Origin: Chiloscyllium plagiosum
Lineage: Eukaryota
Reading direction: 5' to 3'
DNA: 64,000 bases
NCBI RefSeq assembly: GCF_004010195.1
Contig: NC_057752.1
Coordinates: 8,687,616-8,751,615, forward strand
Below the pieces are notes generated by a model. The model had not been told where the DNA came from, ran no database searches, and saw only the letters and a list, made by a program, of their open reading frames with translations. This document shows positions 13,068 through 27,049 of the stretch, piece after piece (within the stretch, counting starts at the first letter, position 1; every line of letters starts with the position of its first letter). A program made the position numbers and the translations under genes.

Positions 13068-13210
13068 AGAGTCATAGAAGTGTACAGCACGGAAACAGAC
13101 CCTTTGGTCCAACCTGTCCCTGCCGACCAGATATCCCAACCCAATCTAGTTCCATCTGCCAGCACCTGGCCCGTATCCCTCCAAACCCTTCCTATTCATA
13201 TACCCATCCA
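13068..13210 (-). mobile_element. CR1 3' UTR fragment
   Basis: Reverse complement of 9650-9790. Confidence 0.9.
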
Positions 13211-14366
13211 ATCTCTGCACTAAAGATGAAACGATGATCATCAGGTTTGCTCGCCTATGCTCTAAAATAGAAGAGGAGGCTGGAGTTTTTTGTACCTCCC
13301 AAGATGCTTCTATAGGGATGACAGATCAACCCAACAGGAAGTGGAGCCAGAAAAGGCAAAATGTCTTCCCTTTTCAGTAAGCTTTCTTGTAGGGCAGAGA
13401 CAAGCAGACATGCTCAACCTTAATACAAAATATCTCGCCAGTGCAACAGCAACGTTTTAATTTGGCAACGTGAGGGATGTTAGCATAAGGGCATGGAAGA
13501 CTTTAGGCACCCAGTGTCAGTAATAAGCACAAAGCAATAGACTCAGAGCACATGAGGTAAAGTTTGTTTTCCATTTTGGGTTGCAACATTCAGGTTAAGC
13601 TATCAGTTGCATGTTTCATGCACCACATTACAGAAGTTTATTTAAAATAAATATTTTTGATTATAGACATAAGATAGAACTACATACATAGAGCACATGC
13701 AACAAAAAGAGATATGGGCTGACAAGGTGGTGGTTAAGGCAGAGGGACAAACATAAACATGACAATCATTTGCTAAATGTTGCTGCATCATTCTACCTAA
13801 ATTTAGACGCTTCTTATACTAATTAATAATAAGGAATGTGTGTGGGTGCGTGTGGGGGGGCAGTAAGGTGGTATTAGTGTCTACAAGTCATGACACAATG
13901 AAGGCATTCAAAAGGAGAACAGGTTTATTGCCAAAAAAGACTTCTTCAGCACAAACTGCTATTAAATAAAAATCCCAGAAGTACATTTTATGACCTTTGT
14001 TCATGAACGTGATGTATGGAATAAAACCAAGTGTGGTCTACAACCTCAGACAGCATTATGCATTTGTGTCCACCCCTCCCCATTCTAATCTTCCTGCAAA
14101 ATGATCAAGACCTTTGGAAATACAGTAAATGGGGGGGGGGGGGGAACAAAAGCCATTTTTATATAGCACTTGACATCTATAGCACTGGACATCTCAAAGC
14201 ACTTTACAGCCAGCCATTTTTGTTTTTACTGAGGTCACCACTACAAAGAAACAAGGCAGTTCTTTTGAATACTGCAAACTCCCACAATGGTTGTGTACTG
14301 TAGTCTTTCATTCACCAGATCGCTTCTGTTCCCCATCCCATCTCCTTTATACCAAGGCAGTGCACT

Positions 14367-14560
14367 TTAGATTTAGATTTTAGATTTTATTGTCACATGT
14401 ACTCAAGTACAGAAGTATAGGATTATAGCAAAAAAATGTACAAACTCACTCCACACGACGCCATTTTAGGTACCAAGGTACAAAAACAAAAAACTTAGCT
14501 ACAAAATAGTACGAGAAACGATTGTTAAAAGGTTAAGCATTACTTCATAGAATAACTGAT
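14367..14560 (-). mobile_element. 3' fragment of a retroposon with a Rex1/Babar-like tail
   Basis: Minus strand ends catgtgacaataaaatctaaaatctaaatctaa; related to the 3' ends at 30452 and 40736. Confidence 0.5.
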
Positions 14561-14656
14561 GCATTAAATTTTGTGAAAATATTCAGTTAGCTTGGGAAGC
14601 AAAGGTGGGGTGAACTATCAACAAGTAAAGCTTTGATTTACGGGAGACAGAGGACC

Positions 14657-14885
14657 AGTGGCAATGTCAGTGGACTAGTGATCCAGAGACTCGGACTAAA
14701 TGTTCTGGGGTCACTGGACATATCGCCATTCCTTCCTGCATCAAAACCTTGGAGCAGCACTCTGGGTGTACCTACACTGCAAAATGACAGTCATTCAACA
14801 GGCAACTCACTGTCTTCAAGAGTAATTAGGGATAGAGAATAAATGCTGGCCAAACTAAAATGCCCACATCCTGTGAATGAATAAC
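14657..14885 (+). mobile_element. SINE head joined to a LINE 3' end
   Basis: 5' part gtggcaatgtcagtggactagtgatccagag..ctaaatgttctgggg; 3' part gggtgtacctacac...aattagggatagagaataaatgctggcc...cccacatcctgtgaatgaataa. Confidence 0.5.
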
Positions 14886-15153
14886 TTACTCTACACAGAA
14901 GCAATGCGTGTATAATTGAAAATGGCTTTGGAAGCAGCTTTTAAATTAGTTTTCACCCAATTGCTGCTGTCTGAAGGAATGCTTCGTTATTTATATGCGC
15001 TCATATGTCAAAACATTAATACATGCACATATACTTGCAAATACAAAAAAAATTAGACTGACTACTGAAGCATTGAAAGATCTAGCCAAGGTGCATTATG
15101 CAAAGCCCTATATGCTGTGTCCTCTGCAGATGAATCAGATTAATTTCAGTGCA

Positions 15154-15352
15154 AAATGTGTGGTGCTGGAAAAGCATAGCAAGTCAGGCAGCATCTGAGG
15201 AGCAGGAGTCAATATTTCGGACATTTCTGATGAAGGGCTTATGCCCAAAACGCCGAATCTCCTCCTCCTCGGGTGCTGCCTGACCTGCTGTGCTTTTGCA
15301 GCATCACACATTTTGACTCTGTTCTCTAGCATCTGCAGTCCTCACTTTCTCC
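15154..15352. mobile_element. Palindromic non-coding PLE mini-element (family C)
   Basis: Inverted arms 15154-15224 and 15225-15313; perfect 14-bp TSD ttaatttcagtgca at 15140-15153 and 15353-15366; decayed hammerhead ctgatgaagggcttatgcccaaaacgcc. Confidence 0.9.
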
Positions 15353-16459
15353 TTAATTTCAGTGCAGTATATTGTGATGAGATTTGGTTTACTGTTAATC
15401 CCATATGTAAATGTTTTCAGGTATATTTCGGGACTCATTCTGCAACGTTTGTGTCTTTAATGGATCGAGGAAAGAGTTGTGAATATTGTACAAGTTAGGT
15501 TTTGTGGAGATACCCTGGATGTTAGGGAACCCCCTTCCATTGTCCTGACCACCATCTTTAAAAAAGGCTCCTGGAAATACAAAACAACTGAATGGACTGA
15601 TATGATAATGGATACAGATTCAATGGTAGCCTTTAACAACTTGACACTTCTAGAAGAAGGGTTAAAAAAAGAAATATTGAGAGAAGAGTGGAGGAGTGGG
15701 ACTAACTGCAATGCTTTTCTAAAGACTGTGTAAACCTGCGTGCATAATACAACACAGAAGGAGACAATTCAGCCTATGATTTCATTGTACACCATGACAG
15801 GAACCGTTCTTCCCTGATCCTCCTCCCACAGGATGTCAAAAGACGCCTTTCAAGTTGTCCAAATGTATTTAATGATTAATTCTCAGTAATAGCAGTGGAT
15901 TTCATTTTAAAAATAAAACTTGTCCAAACACACACCAGTTTCAGTGTGTTCTTCATGATCACCTTGCAAGTAGAAAATTACTGTGCCTACCCAGAAATAG
16001 AAACAAAAATCAAAACCTTGAAGCTCCAATAGGCCACAGACTAGGGTGTCACAGCAAACAATTCAATAACTTTTCACCTCACTCACATCCAAATCCTGTA
16101 TTAATATATCAAATGGACAGCAGGCTACAAATCTGGAAGAAATCACGCACCTCTACAGAAGAAACAATAGAGATGCCAGGAAAAACAAAAAAATTAAAAA
16201 TCCAGAAATAAGTTCAACGTTAGAATTTAAAGGTCTCAGCCTTTGTAAAGTGATCGGCTTTTTCTAAAGCTTAAATCAAATAACTGTTTACAATCCTCCT
16301 CTTAAACTTGCAACAATGTCTATTCCTCAATGCAGCAAGTTCAAAATTTCTGAAGCCAAACCCCTCCTAACTTCTGTAACTTTATTCAGCCATTTAGTCC
16401 CATGTATTCTTGGTTCTTCTTGCACAGGCCTGCCATCTTGCCCCATGTTAATTAAGAAG

Positions 16460-17005
16460 CATAAGAGAAACTTGCCATAATTAGCCAAGGCAGAGAGTTT
16501 AAGAGCAGGAAGGTAATGCTGGAACTGTATAAAACATCGCTTAGATCACAGCTAGAATACTGTGTCCAGTTCTGGAAGCCACATTATAGGAGGGATGTGA
16601 TTGCACCCTCTTCAGTGCAGGAGATTTATCAGGATATTTCCTGGGCTGGAGTTTTAATTAAGAGAGATTGGATAGACAAGGGTTGTTTATTTTGGAACAG
16701 AGGAGACTTTTGGGGGTGGGCGGGGGGAAACGTGGAGGTAGATGGGAACAAAACGGCATGATTAAGACTTACAAAATTATGAGGGACATAGACAGGAAGG
16801 AACTATTCAATGACTGGGGTTATAGACTTAAGTTAAAGGGGCATGAGGATTTGGGTGTGGGGAGGTGGGGGAAAGGGGGTGATATTAAGAAAAACCTTTC
16901 ACCCAGAGGGTGGTGAGAATCTGGAACTGTCTGCCTGTGAAGATGGTAGAGGCAGAAACCCGCACTACATTTTAGATGTGCACTTCCAACATATAAGGCA
17001 TATAA
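16460..17005 (+). mobile_element. Old CR1 LINE 3' ORF2 fragment
   Basis: MLELYKTSLRSQLEYCVQFWKPHYRRD; MIKTYKIMRDIDR. Confidence 0.85.
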
Positions 17006-17139
17006 GACAATGTGCCTTTTTAGGTATGCCTGGTGCTTCTCCTGGCATGTCCTCCTGCACTTTTCATTGAACTAAGATATTTCATATATGCCCAGGCTTG
17101 AGTTAGTAGATCTGTTAAAAAAAAAAAAATCAACCAGGC

Positions 17140-17570
17140 AATAGTGGCACACAACACGATGAATGACATCCACTGTGAAGACAGGATTTAGTCTCCACAA
17201 GGGTCTGTGCAGTGGTCACTCCTAACAATATGGTCATGGATGGATACATGGTAAATTGGTGAGACAAGGTCAAGTAAATTTTTCCCTCTTGGTTCGCATA
17301 CTACTTGTTGCAGACCCAGTCTAGCAGCTAGGTCCTGAAGGACTCAGCCAGCTCAATCAGGAATGGTGCTGGCAAGCCATTAAATGACGGACATTGAAAT
17401 TCCCCACCCAGAGAAGATCCTGCATTCTGTCCACTCGCAGTGTTTCCTCCAAGTGGTGTTTAACACTGATTCATCAGTTGAGGTGGAGTAGGTGGTGTTA
17501 ATCAGGAGGTTCCTTTGCCCATTATTGACCAGATTCATGAGACTGCATTGTGTCCAGAGTCAGTATTGGT
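17140..17570 (-). mobile_element. APE endonuclease fragment of a non-LTR retrotransposon
   Basis: Minus strand, with frameshifts, gives GQRNLLINTTY, WVGNFNVRH (GDFN-like) and LGLQQVV..PRGKNLLDLV motifs. Confidence 0.6.
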
Positions 17571-18169
17571 CTGTTCCAAGCCAATAAAGTAAACAAAATG
17601 TGAGGCCATTGTTTTTTTTAAATCTGTGGTAAACCATCTTCAATGAGATCTCCTTTTCCTTTACGACCTGAGGATTTCTCTTTTCCCCAGTTTCTGTCCC
17701 TCACAGATTGAAATTGATGTCAGAAGCCAAATTTTGACTTGGGACCAACTCAATCATGGGTCATTTCTGCTGCCAATCTTGTAGTTTGAAATCTCTGCTC
17801 TTCCACACACTCTTCTCACTACTTCAGAAAGTGAATTTTTAAATTCCTCCAAAACAAAGTCTACGAGCATCACATGCTTAATCTACTTTCAATGCCCTTA
17901 TCCACCTATCAACGTTACTTTGCTTGTTCCTTTCAAACTCCATGTTTAACTAGGTTGCTTCTTTATATTCCTAAAAATTGTCAGTAGGCTTCTGGCACTA
18001 GCTCATATGCATATGAAAAAATGTGCCTTTTTTACTTCATCATACCCTGCATATACCTCCTCTGATAGTGATACAAATATTTCATTTGCTCTAACTACCA
18101 ACTTTGTTTGGATCAACTATACCTACATGGTCACCAGGCATTTCATTTGTTTAGCCACTTTCTCAAATG

Positions 18170-19552
18170 AAAAGGAAAAGGCTTCTATGGCCTTCAGTAA
18201 ACTATGGTAACACTTGGGCATACTTAAACAGATCTCCACCAGGATTATGGCTACAATGGGTTTGCTCTTCATCACTGTCCCCATCACTACTTCTACCTTC
18301 AACCTTCACCATTTTAAGTTGGCTTTCCTCTTTCATTTCCAACTTCCAAAGTTCAAATACTTTCTCCCTTTCTTCTACTTTGAAATGCAACTCAAACTGT
18401 TTCATTTCCTTTTCATATTCGAACTATTTTAATTCTTTTGCTCTTTGCTCCACTGCAATTGTATCTCTTTTGCTTTTGCCTCTCTATCATTTTGTTCTGC
18501 CAGCGCTAATCTCTCCTTTTCTCTTTCCCTTGCTATTGTCTTTAATTCAAGGTGCTTCATTTGCAAACTGAAATTTACCAATTTCCAATGATTCTGATTG
18601 CATTCCTGGCAATTGTAAATGCAGAGCTACTGCTACAATTATCTCACTTTTCCTCACAGACACGGGCAACTCCAACTTCAATCTGTTTAGCAATTCTGAA
18701 AGTTTTGCCTTGGCTGCTTTCAGTAAACTGCCCAAAGTGACTTCTTCCACTTCAAGATAACCTTATCAATTGAAAGAGCCACTATTATACAAGGCACACC
18801 TTGTTTAAACAACCAAATACACCACCACCTCCCCCCAAAAAAGCAATTACACTCACCACTCAATGCCTTGGAGTTCAAAAATCCTAAATCCAAACTGTAC
18901 TTAGAGATTTTGATCCTGATGAGATATCCCAATTTGTTCTGGACCAGACCAAACCCCTGCCAATATATCAAGGAGATGGCCGAGACCTTAGCTTTTATCT
19001 TATTCGAAGGCAAGTTTAAGGTGCTGTGTTTCAGATTTAATTTGATTAGTCACGCTACTCTGCTTTAAGCAAAGCACACTTTATTCTTAACCCCCAGTTA
19101 AATTACAAAATAAAGAAGAATTAGTATAACTAACTCAATTGGAAAACTTAACAGAATAATAGATTACTTCACTACTAAACAGCAACTGTGCCAATATAGT
19201 AAAATCCCATAAACACACCCTTGACAAAGGCAAAGTTTTTGTCTCACATGCGAATCTGGCAGCAGGAAGAGAACCCAAGCTTTTAGCTGTAACAGAGAGA
19301 AACATGTAGCAGTTTCCACAGCCAACTTCAAAAACCCAACAATTGCTGAAACCTAAACTACAACTTTGGTTCTGCAGGAGCCTGACTCCACCCATTCATG
19401 CTGCTTCTTTTGTTCCAACTTTTTAAAAAAAGCCAAGGCCTCACAAGCTGTTTCTTTATTGGCTTGGAATTGGCCGCTCAGTACCTCGGTCTCAAACTCT
19501 CTTCACACAAAAAAAGGACAAAATACACCTCTTAAGGCCACAGTATCATCAT
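18170..19552 (-). mobile_element. LTR retrotransposon 5' remnant (LTR ~18935-19552, PBS, gag N-terminus), Gypsy-like
   Basis: On minus the LTR ends ...gaaca at 18935, followed by a degenerate tRNA-Pro-like PBS (aattgggatatctcatcaggatc); then coiled-coil gag VTLGSLLKAAKAKLSELLNRLKLELP...GGDLFKYAQVLP. Confidence 0.65.
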
Positions 19553-20227
19553 AGGAACTAGAGGTTGCATCATATGAAACAGTTAAGTGGTTCAACAGTT
19601 AACACATGTTTTTCATGCAATCTCTTGGAACAGTTTTAATACCAGAGCTTTTCAGTGGGGAAAAAAAAGTGTCTTTTTCCTTTTCTTCATTGATATGATT
19701 TGTTTTCTGTTACTCACCAAATCCCAAAGACGTAGAGTTGGCACCTCGTCTGACCATACCCAAGGAAGCTCACCTTCTGTTTTTGTTTAAAAAAACTCCT
19801 TGCAATCAGCAAACACTTCCCTGAAACTGCATTTTAGAAGTTTGCTATGCATTTCATCCCACTAAAATAAAAGGGGAATTTCACCACTCATCTTCAATCC
19901 AGTCAAAAATAGCACAAATACTTAAATCAGGCATTGTCCACTAAACGTAAGCAAACAGGCCTTATTTTAACAACATTGATTGAATCATTAAAGGTACTGA
20001 GATAAAATAGATGACTCTAAAAGTGACATCTGCTTAAATATACTTCATTTTTGTCACATTGTTAAAGGTTTATCTGAAGTTACTTGGAATTTATTTAAAA
20101 TTGTTTTTATGCTTTAAAAAGTGAAGCACGGGATGCTGCAAGAATTTTTGCTCATTCAATAGACAACACCGGGAATACTAGAAGGAGGATCCTAAATGAA
20201 CAGCCAAAACTTCCTAGACTGATATAA

Positions 20228-20500
20228 TCATAAAAGCATATAAAATAGGAGCAGGGCAGGCCAGTTGGCCCCTCAAGCCTGCTCCACCATTCAATAAAGA
20301 TTATGGCTGATCGAAATGAAGCTTCATTTTGACTTTTCTGCCCTTCTCCCACAAGCCTATACTCCCTGGCTGATCAAAACTCTGTCCGTCTATCTCTGCT
20401 TTAAATACATTCAATGACAACTGCTCTCTGTGGAGACAATTCCCAAGAGCAGCAACCCTCAGGAAATTTCTCATTTGTATCTTGAATGGGAGACCCCTAC
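20228..20500 (-). mobile_element. CR1 3' end fragment
   Basis: aaataggagcagggcaggccagttggcccctcaagcctgctccaccattcaataa: reverse CR1 3' UTR related to 35540-35630. Confidence 0.75.
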
Positions 20501-20651
20501 AGATTATGTAGAAGTGATACTTTTCTACAGCGTCCTATATGCTGCATTCCCTTCACATCACACAATGTACAATACTTCTTGGAAACCTGTGAGGCCCCTG
20601 GCAAAATAACAATATCTAAATGTTCAGTTTCATAAAGCATAAAAGTAATAC

Positions 20652-23600
20652 TTGCAGCAACCCTTTCTTCACTTTAATGAGCATATCTCTCCGGTCGTGA
20701 TATGCAAGAGGAAGGCATTTGACGAGGTAAAGAAGCATTTGAGGGATCTGAATATTCAGTATTCCACGAGATATCCAGCAACGTTGCTCTTCAGTCACGG
20801 AGGGTCTGTGTATATCTTCGGATCGCCAGAAAAAGGCAAGAAGTTTTGGACGCTCTTAAATAGACGGATTGGTCTGAATTATATGGACAATTATTTTATT
20901 TTACCCCTCTTTTCCCTTTATTTATAATCTGCCTGGTTTACCTGGTTGTTGGGGGGAGATTTTGATTTTTCCTTTAATATATGTCAGGATTATAATTTTA
21001 TATATGTTATCTCATGTTGCTGCTTTGCCAAGAATGCCTAGGGTAATAGCGTGGAAGGGACAGGTTAGATACCTACTTTTAATTTCTTTGTTATAAGATA
21101 TTGGTATCGGTTTCTTACTTTGTGGTGTCTGGGGCGAGGGCATGGCCCCAGCTGGAAGGAGTCATGGTGGGATTATTGGATGGTAGGAGTGCCCTCTGTG
21201 GACAAGGGGGAAAATCTTCTTTTAGTTATGTTTTATGTTGTTATTTCTTAGGAATAGTTTTTAGTAGTTTTGATTTAGCAGTTTTAAAGGTTGTATTTTT
21301 AAATTTATGTGAATTGTTTACGGTTTCCACTCAATGCTCAATGAGTGGGGTTCTTCCTCCTGGGGGGGGTCTCTGATTTTCCTGAACGATCATGGCTAGT
21401 CAGTTATTCATTTAAATGGTGCACCTGGAATGTTAAAGGGAGTCACTCTCCAATTAAAAAGGAAAAAAAGATACTGTCAAGTCTTAAAAAGGTTGATGTA
21501 GCCCTTTTACAGGGAACACACCTAACTGACAAGGAGCACTTGAAGCTGCAGCAGGGAGGATTTGGCCAGGTGTTCTTCTCATCTTTCAACTTGAAAAGTA
21601 GAGGAGTGGCCATTCTTATCCAGAAGAATCTTCCATTTCAAATGTTAAGCCAAATAAAGGATGAGTCTGGGGGGTTTATAATACTTAAAGCTCTAACATA
21701 TGGAGAGGAATACGGGATTATGAATGTATATTGTCCCCCCCGGCACATCCTTTTAAATTCGTAATGGATGCGCTGTCCAGATTGGTGGCCCTTGGGGTAT
21801 GTCACACATTATAGGGGGAGATTTCAATGTATCATTGACCCAGAGGTAGACAGGATGCCTCAGGGCTCTGCAGGTATACCTCTGCAATCTAGGCAGTTGG
21901 TGGATTTGATTAGGGAGTTATGACTGGTAGATGTGTGGAGCTGTCTTCAACTAGAGGAGAGATTTTATCTTGTACTCTAACCCACATAAGTGCCACACCA
22001 GAATTGATATGCTTTTTATCCCTTCGACCTTTTTGAATTTGATACTGTCATGCAAAATAGGGAATATAGCTGTTTCTGACCACGTGGCAGTGTATGTGGA
22101 GGTCAAGGCTGGTGGTGATGAGATGGACACCCGGCAGTGGCATATAGACCCTTTCCTCCTGAAAGATAGCAAGTTTATGGAATACTTTTCGCAGGAATTT
22201 AAAGCTTTCTGGGATATTAACTTAGATACAGCCAGATTGGTCATGTGGGAGACTGCCAAGGCCTATGCGTGGGGTTTGATTATCTCTTACTGTGACCCGG
22301 AAACGACAGAGGGAAGAACAGCAATGTCTGCTCGAGGCTCGCCTGAAGGCAGCTGAGATAGCATATGTTGATAGGCCATCCATGACTAAATTACAGCAGA
22401 GTACAGTACTCAGGGCTACTTTGAATGCTGCACTTACCCAAACAGCAAAAAGGGAGATACTATTTGCGAAGCAAGGACTATTTGACTATGGCAATAAGCC
22501 AGTAGGTATTTAGCTTACTTATTCGGACAGACCTCAGCATAATGGACCCAGAAGTAGGATCAGGCAGGCATAAAATTATTCTAAGTGGATGCCGTCCTTC
22601 TTTTCTTAACTGATCTACTGACATCTGTGCCCTGCTTAATAAAAATGGTTAATTTATTTGGTTAATTTTTCAGGGTACAAAATTAATTTTATGGGAGGTC
22701 TTACCAGCATACCAAACTTTGCAGATGGAACCAGTTTCTCCTTTCGATGGTCACAGGGAGGTTTTCTCTACTTAGATATTTTTATTACCCTGGCTTTTGA
22801 TCAGTTATATAAAGCTAACTATGTGCATCTGTTAGAGAAAATAAGGCAGAATCTTCGGCGTTGAGAAGATCTCCTGATATCCTGGCTGGGCAGAATAGCT
22901 CTGGTCAAGATGAATGTTCACCCCTACCTATTATACCCCCTGAGAATGCTTCCTTTGATATTGCAGAGGCAAGCGCTGTGCAGGCTTTATGGTTGACTCA
23001 GTTGCTTTGTTTGGCATTATAGACAGCCCTTGATCAAATTAGATAAATTGAAGCTCCCAGAAGGAAGGGGGCGGGGGGTCTAGATTTGCCAGATTTTAGG
23101 AAGTACCAACTGAGCTCCTTATCATATGTGGCTGATTCTGGATCATGAGAGGCCCAATCAATTTGGTTGGATATCGAGGCTTCCCAAGCAAAATGCCCCC
23201 TCATCAACCTGTTGTTTATGGATGAGAACTGTATCACGGATCATTGTAAAAGCCCGATTGTCCTAAACACAACCAAAGCTTGGGGGACGATCTGACAGGG
23301 TGAGGGTAATAAAACCCTCCCCCTTCACTCCTATAGTGATAATGTTGAGATTTCAGCCAGGTTTGATTGATGCTGGCTTTAAACTTTGGGAGTCCAGAGG
23401 AATCCCCTGCTTCGATGGGGAGGTAATGTCCTTTGAACAGCTAGGTCAGAAGTTAAAGTATGAGACTTCATACAAAAATAAAGACCACATTGATGGCCAA
23501 TCCTTATAAATTGGATATGGAGAGGTGTGCTTTGGCCAGTGGGTACCCCTTCGGTCAGTACTCTTGAGGTAATAATGTGTCAAAGGACATGGAACAACTA

Positions 23601-24576
23601 TATAAAACCTGGGGGTGGAAATCTCCTCAGATGTGGGAGGACATCTGGGAAAATGCCAGGTAGATCTCTATCTGTAATAGGACTCAAGCTATTTAATTGA
23701 AGCTACTTCATAGGGCCCATATGGCACCAGAGTGGCTTGCAAAGTTCAAGATAGGAGCGTCCCCAATGTGCTGTCAGTGTAAAATAGAAGTTGGTACTCT
23801 CACTCATTGTTTGTGGACATGCCATAAGATCTGCAGATACTGGGACAACAGTGAATGCCTTGGCAAAGATCAAGGAAACGGAGATTGGGTTGGATCTGGT
23901 ATCTCTCCTTTTGGGTTTTCCAAATTTTCCTTCTCTAGATGCACATGGCAAGAAATGTTTACTATCCTCTCCTTTTGAGGGGAAATACATCTTAGTAAAC
24001 TGGGTATTGGAAGGTCTCCCAGGACTCAAATTGAGATAGGATAGTTATGGAACACATTCCCCTGGACTTCCTTACAAATATTGTGCACAAAAAAACAGAA
24101 CTGTTTTATAGAACATGGCGGCCCTTTTTGAGCTATATCAATGCAGATGTATTGGCCATATTATCTAGGGCCTTTGTCTAGCCAGGAGGATGATGTCTAT
24201 CGGCTCAGGGGCCCCTGGGAGGAAGAATCCCGTATAAATACGGGTCTGCTTACTATTGCTCCCATTGATGGGGAGCTACAATGGGAGTGTGTGTTGAGTA
24301 TAGCTTAATTTACAATCAATAAAGTTATCTTATGACTTGATATTTTGAATGTTTTTTTTGTTGTTATTTATTTACCGTATTGTAGTTTTTTTTAAATATA
24401 TAGAGGTTTTTTTCTTTTATTTTACTGTGTTTTGGTAGTTTGTACAGTAGATTAATAGTTTGCTTTCTTTATTTATATTGTTGTTGCTATGATAGTGAAG
24501 AGATTACACTATTTTGTATAATTTTGTTAAAAAACCCAAAAACCTTTTTCTCAATCAAAATATTTATATAAAAAAA
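20652..24576 (+). mobile_element. L1-clade LINE, 5'-truncated, decayed, with most of RT deleted
   Basis: ORF1 C-terminus RKAFDEVKKHLRDLNIQYSTRYPATL; ORF2 APE TWNVKG..DVALLQGTHL, SDHVAV; jump near 22520 to an HKIIL/YADD-region remnant; C-terminal CCQCKIEVGTLTHCLWTC; T-rich 3' UTR and A-tail at 24570-24576. Confidence 0.9.
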
Positions 24577-25149
24577 GCAGATGTTACTTTTAGAGTCATA
24601 CTTATTTTCTCTCAGATTAATCAAAAACCCAATCCTGGAGTTTGAGTGCCTTCTGCATATACATAATCTGAAATTTCTAACTTAATGAAGCATTTTGTCC
24701 AACAACTGCCTCAGAACGCAAAGTCAATTAAAATAAGAGATTAATCAAGCATTAAGTCATATGAATGGTATGTAATTTTGAATCTCAAATGACAAACATG
24801 AACAAAGTATCAATTAAAAATCCAGCATCTTATCACTAAACAACTCAATAAGAAACAAAGGCACAATTTTGCCTGAGCTCAAGATCTTGGATGATCCAAG
24901 AGAATTCATAATCATTAACAGCTTCTCTGGGTTGGAGAATGAAGCAAACATGGATATTGACTGTATGTTGCTGATGATGATGAAGAAACAACAAATAATA
25001 GAATCTCAAGTTGGATCTTAATGGCAATATTTAAGTGTAACCAATTTGAAGTCCAGGCTTTTGAGATAATGCCAGCTGTCAGAATAAGTAAATATTAGTC
25101 CTTAAGTTATATAAATTGCATAAAATATTACACTCCTCACACTGAGCAC

Positions 25150-26800
25150 AATCTATGGGGCCTGAGCAACACGGGCTAAGGTGCGATTTGTGGGAGAATC
25201 AAATGAGAAGTCTGTCAAAGCATTTCTCGATATTGGGAGCAAATCATTGCATTTTTAATGCATTTGCTGAAGTGAGGTGAATTTCTCACCAGGCGGCAGT
25301 GCATGGTCAAGTAAAAGTGATGTATTATTAAATGCCTTATTAACACCCCAACTCATTTTATTAATATTCACCTTCTACCTTATCAAACATGTTAAACAAG
25401 CTAGACGTTGAGAAATCTTGACATGGAAGTCAGAGTGGGTACCCAGCAACTTCAGCTCACTGCCAGCTCCAAGCCTCCATGTTGCTCAGCAGCAAACATC
25501 ATCTCCAAGCACAATCCACAGGCCCCAGCCACACTCACTCCTCATCCATGGATATTGGCATCTAACCTTTTCCAACCTCTCTCAATCATTATGGCACCTC
25601 TCCAATTCACTTGCAAGATGCTTCGGAAGCGGAGACTTGCATTGCAGCATGCACCAGCAACTAACATTGAAACGCTGCAACAGGGACACTTGGTGCGCAG
25701 GACCAGGCTGCATCTCAGGGTTGCTCACTTGTTTAGGGCTCGCGCAAATATTGCCTACCTGCATGTGCACAGCATTCCTGCCGTGCCCTTTGGCGCTAAA
25801 TATTGGAGGTGCTTTTTTGCAGACAGACAGGCTGTTCGTCAGTAACAATTGGTCCAGTTTTGGGGAGAGGCAATGTTGTGTTGCACACCACATTGAGACA
25901 ACAGTTTAACACCTTCAGAATGTGTCAGTTGGCTTCACAGCAAATTCTGCAAAAATACATGTTGAACCAAATGGTCATATTGGAAAGTGGATGAGGGCTA
26001 GTCTGGAGTTCAGTTGGTCAGGGGGAAGGGGGAGTGGGTCCACAGAGTCGAGGGGACATTCATCTATTTGCTTGGGTCGCTTACAGTCAGGGAATCTGAC
26101 TGACTGCAGTCTGATGATTAGGCAATAGTTCACTTCTGCAGGGCTAGCAGCAACAGTAGTCAGAGGAATCATGTGTTGCCAGTCACGATGCAAATATTGC
26201 AGTCAGCAGTCAGGTCTAGAGGCTGCTCAAAGTCAGACAGTCTGGGGTGAATACCTGGGGATGTGTCCATCAATTGTAAAGGAGGATGGAAGCTGGGTCT
26301 ATAATATTGGGGGGTGGGGGCACTGCCAAAAGTAAAAAAAAAAGGGTAGAGGAACGGAGGCAGAGACTGGGTCAGTGAGCCGCTGAATGGAGGGGGACAA
26401 AGAGTACCAGAAGGAGGTGGGAACAAAAGGACAGTGATGGAGGAGGGAATGAGGCTTCCATATGTATGGGGATATGTGGAATAGCAATGGAGGGCATGGA
26501 AGGTTAGGAGGAGTTATTGGTAGTAACCACCACCGCGGCCTTCACAGGAGAAAAATGTAGAGCACCAGGATAGGCATCAATAAGGTATAATTTCAGGTTT
26601 TAAAGACAGCTGGAAGCAATGTTCAACGTGGTGTCTCCACAATTTGGAGATATGGTTAGAAATGGGCTGTCGGGTTAGAAAGAGGTAAAAAGAGACATGG
26701 AGGCCCAGGGGCTTTTCTGGTGACCCAGGTTGGGTCCACCGCTGGCACTGTCCACCATGAACTGCATTCTCTGCCATCACGTACTCTTCAGTGAATGCTA
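25150..26800 (+). mobile_element. Possible decayed Harbinger/PIF-like DNA transposon remnant
   Basis: GC-richer block; frameshifted PAVPF..LEVLF...RQQFNTFR loosely resembles a Myb/SANT-like ORF; weak, recognised from memory only. Confidence 0.25.
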
Positions 26801-27049
26801 ACTACAGCTGGAAAATGGCTGAGATAATGTCCAAAAATGGACAAAATCAGTACCACTTTGATGGGTGAAAGCACAGGATGCATGTTTTCTAGACCTTAGG
26901 ATATTGAAGGGACAAATACATAAAGCACCCTTCACTTCCGCCATCTTGTAGATTTGAAAGCATCAAACTCTTTGGTCAAATTATATTTCTACCAGAATGG
27001 ATTCAGTCTGGAAACAGAATTGCCAAGGCTTCACGTCAATGGATTAAAC

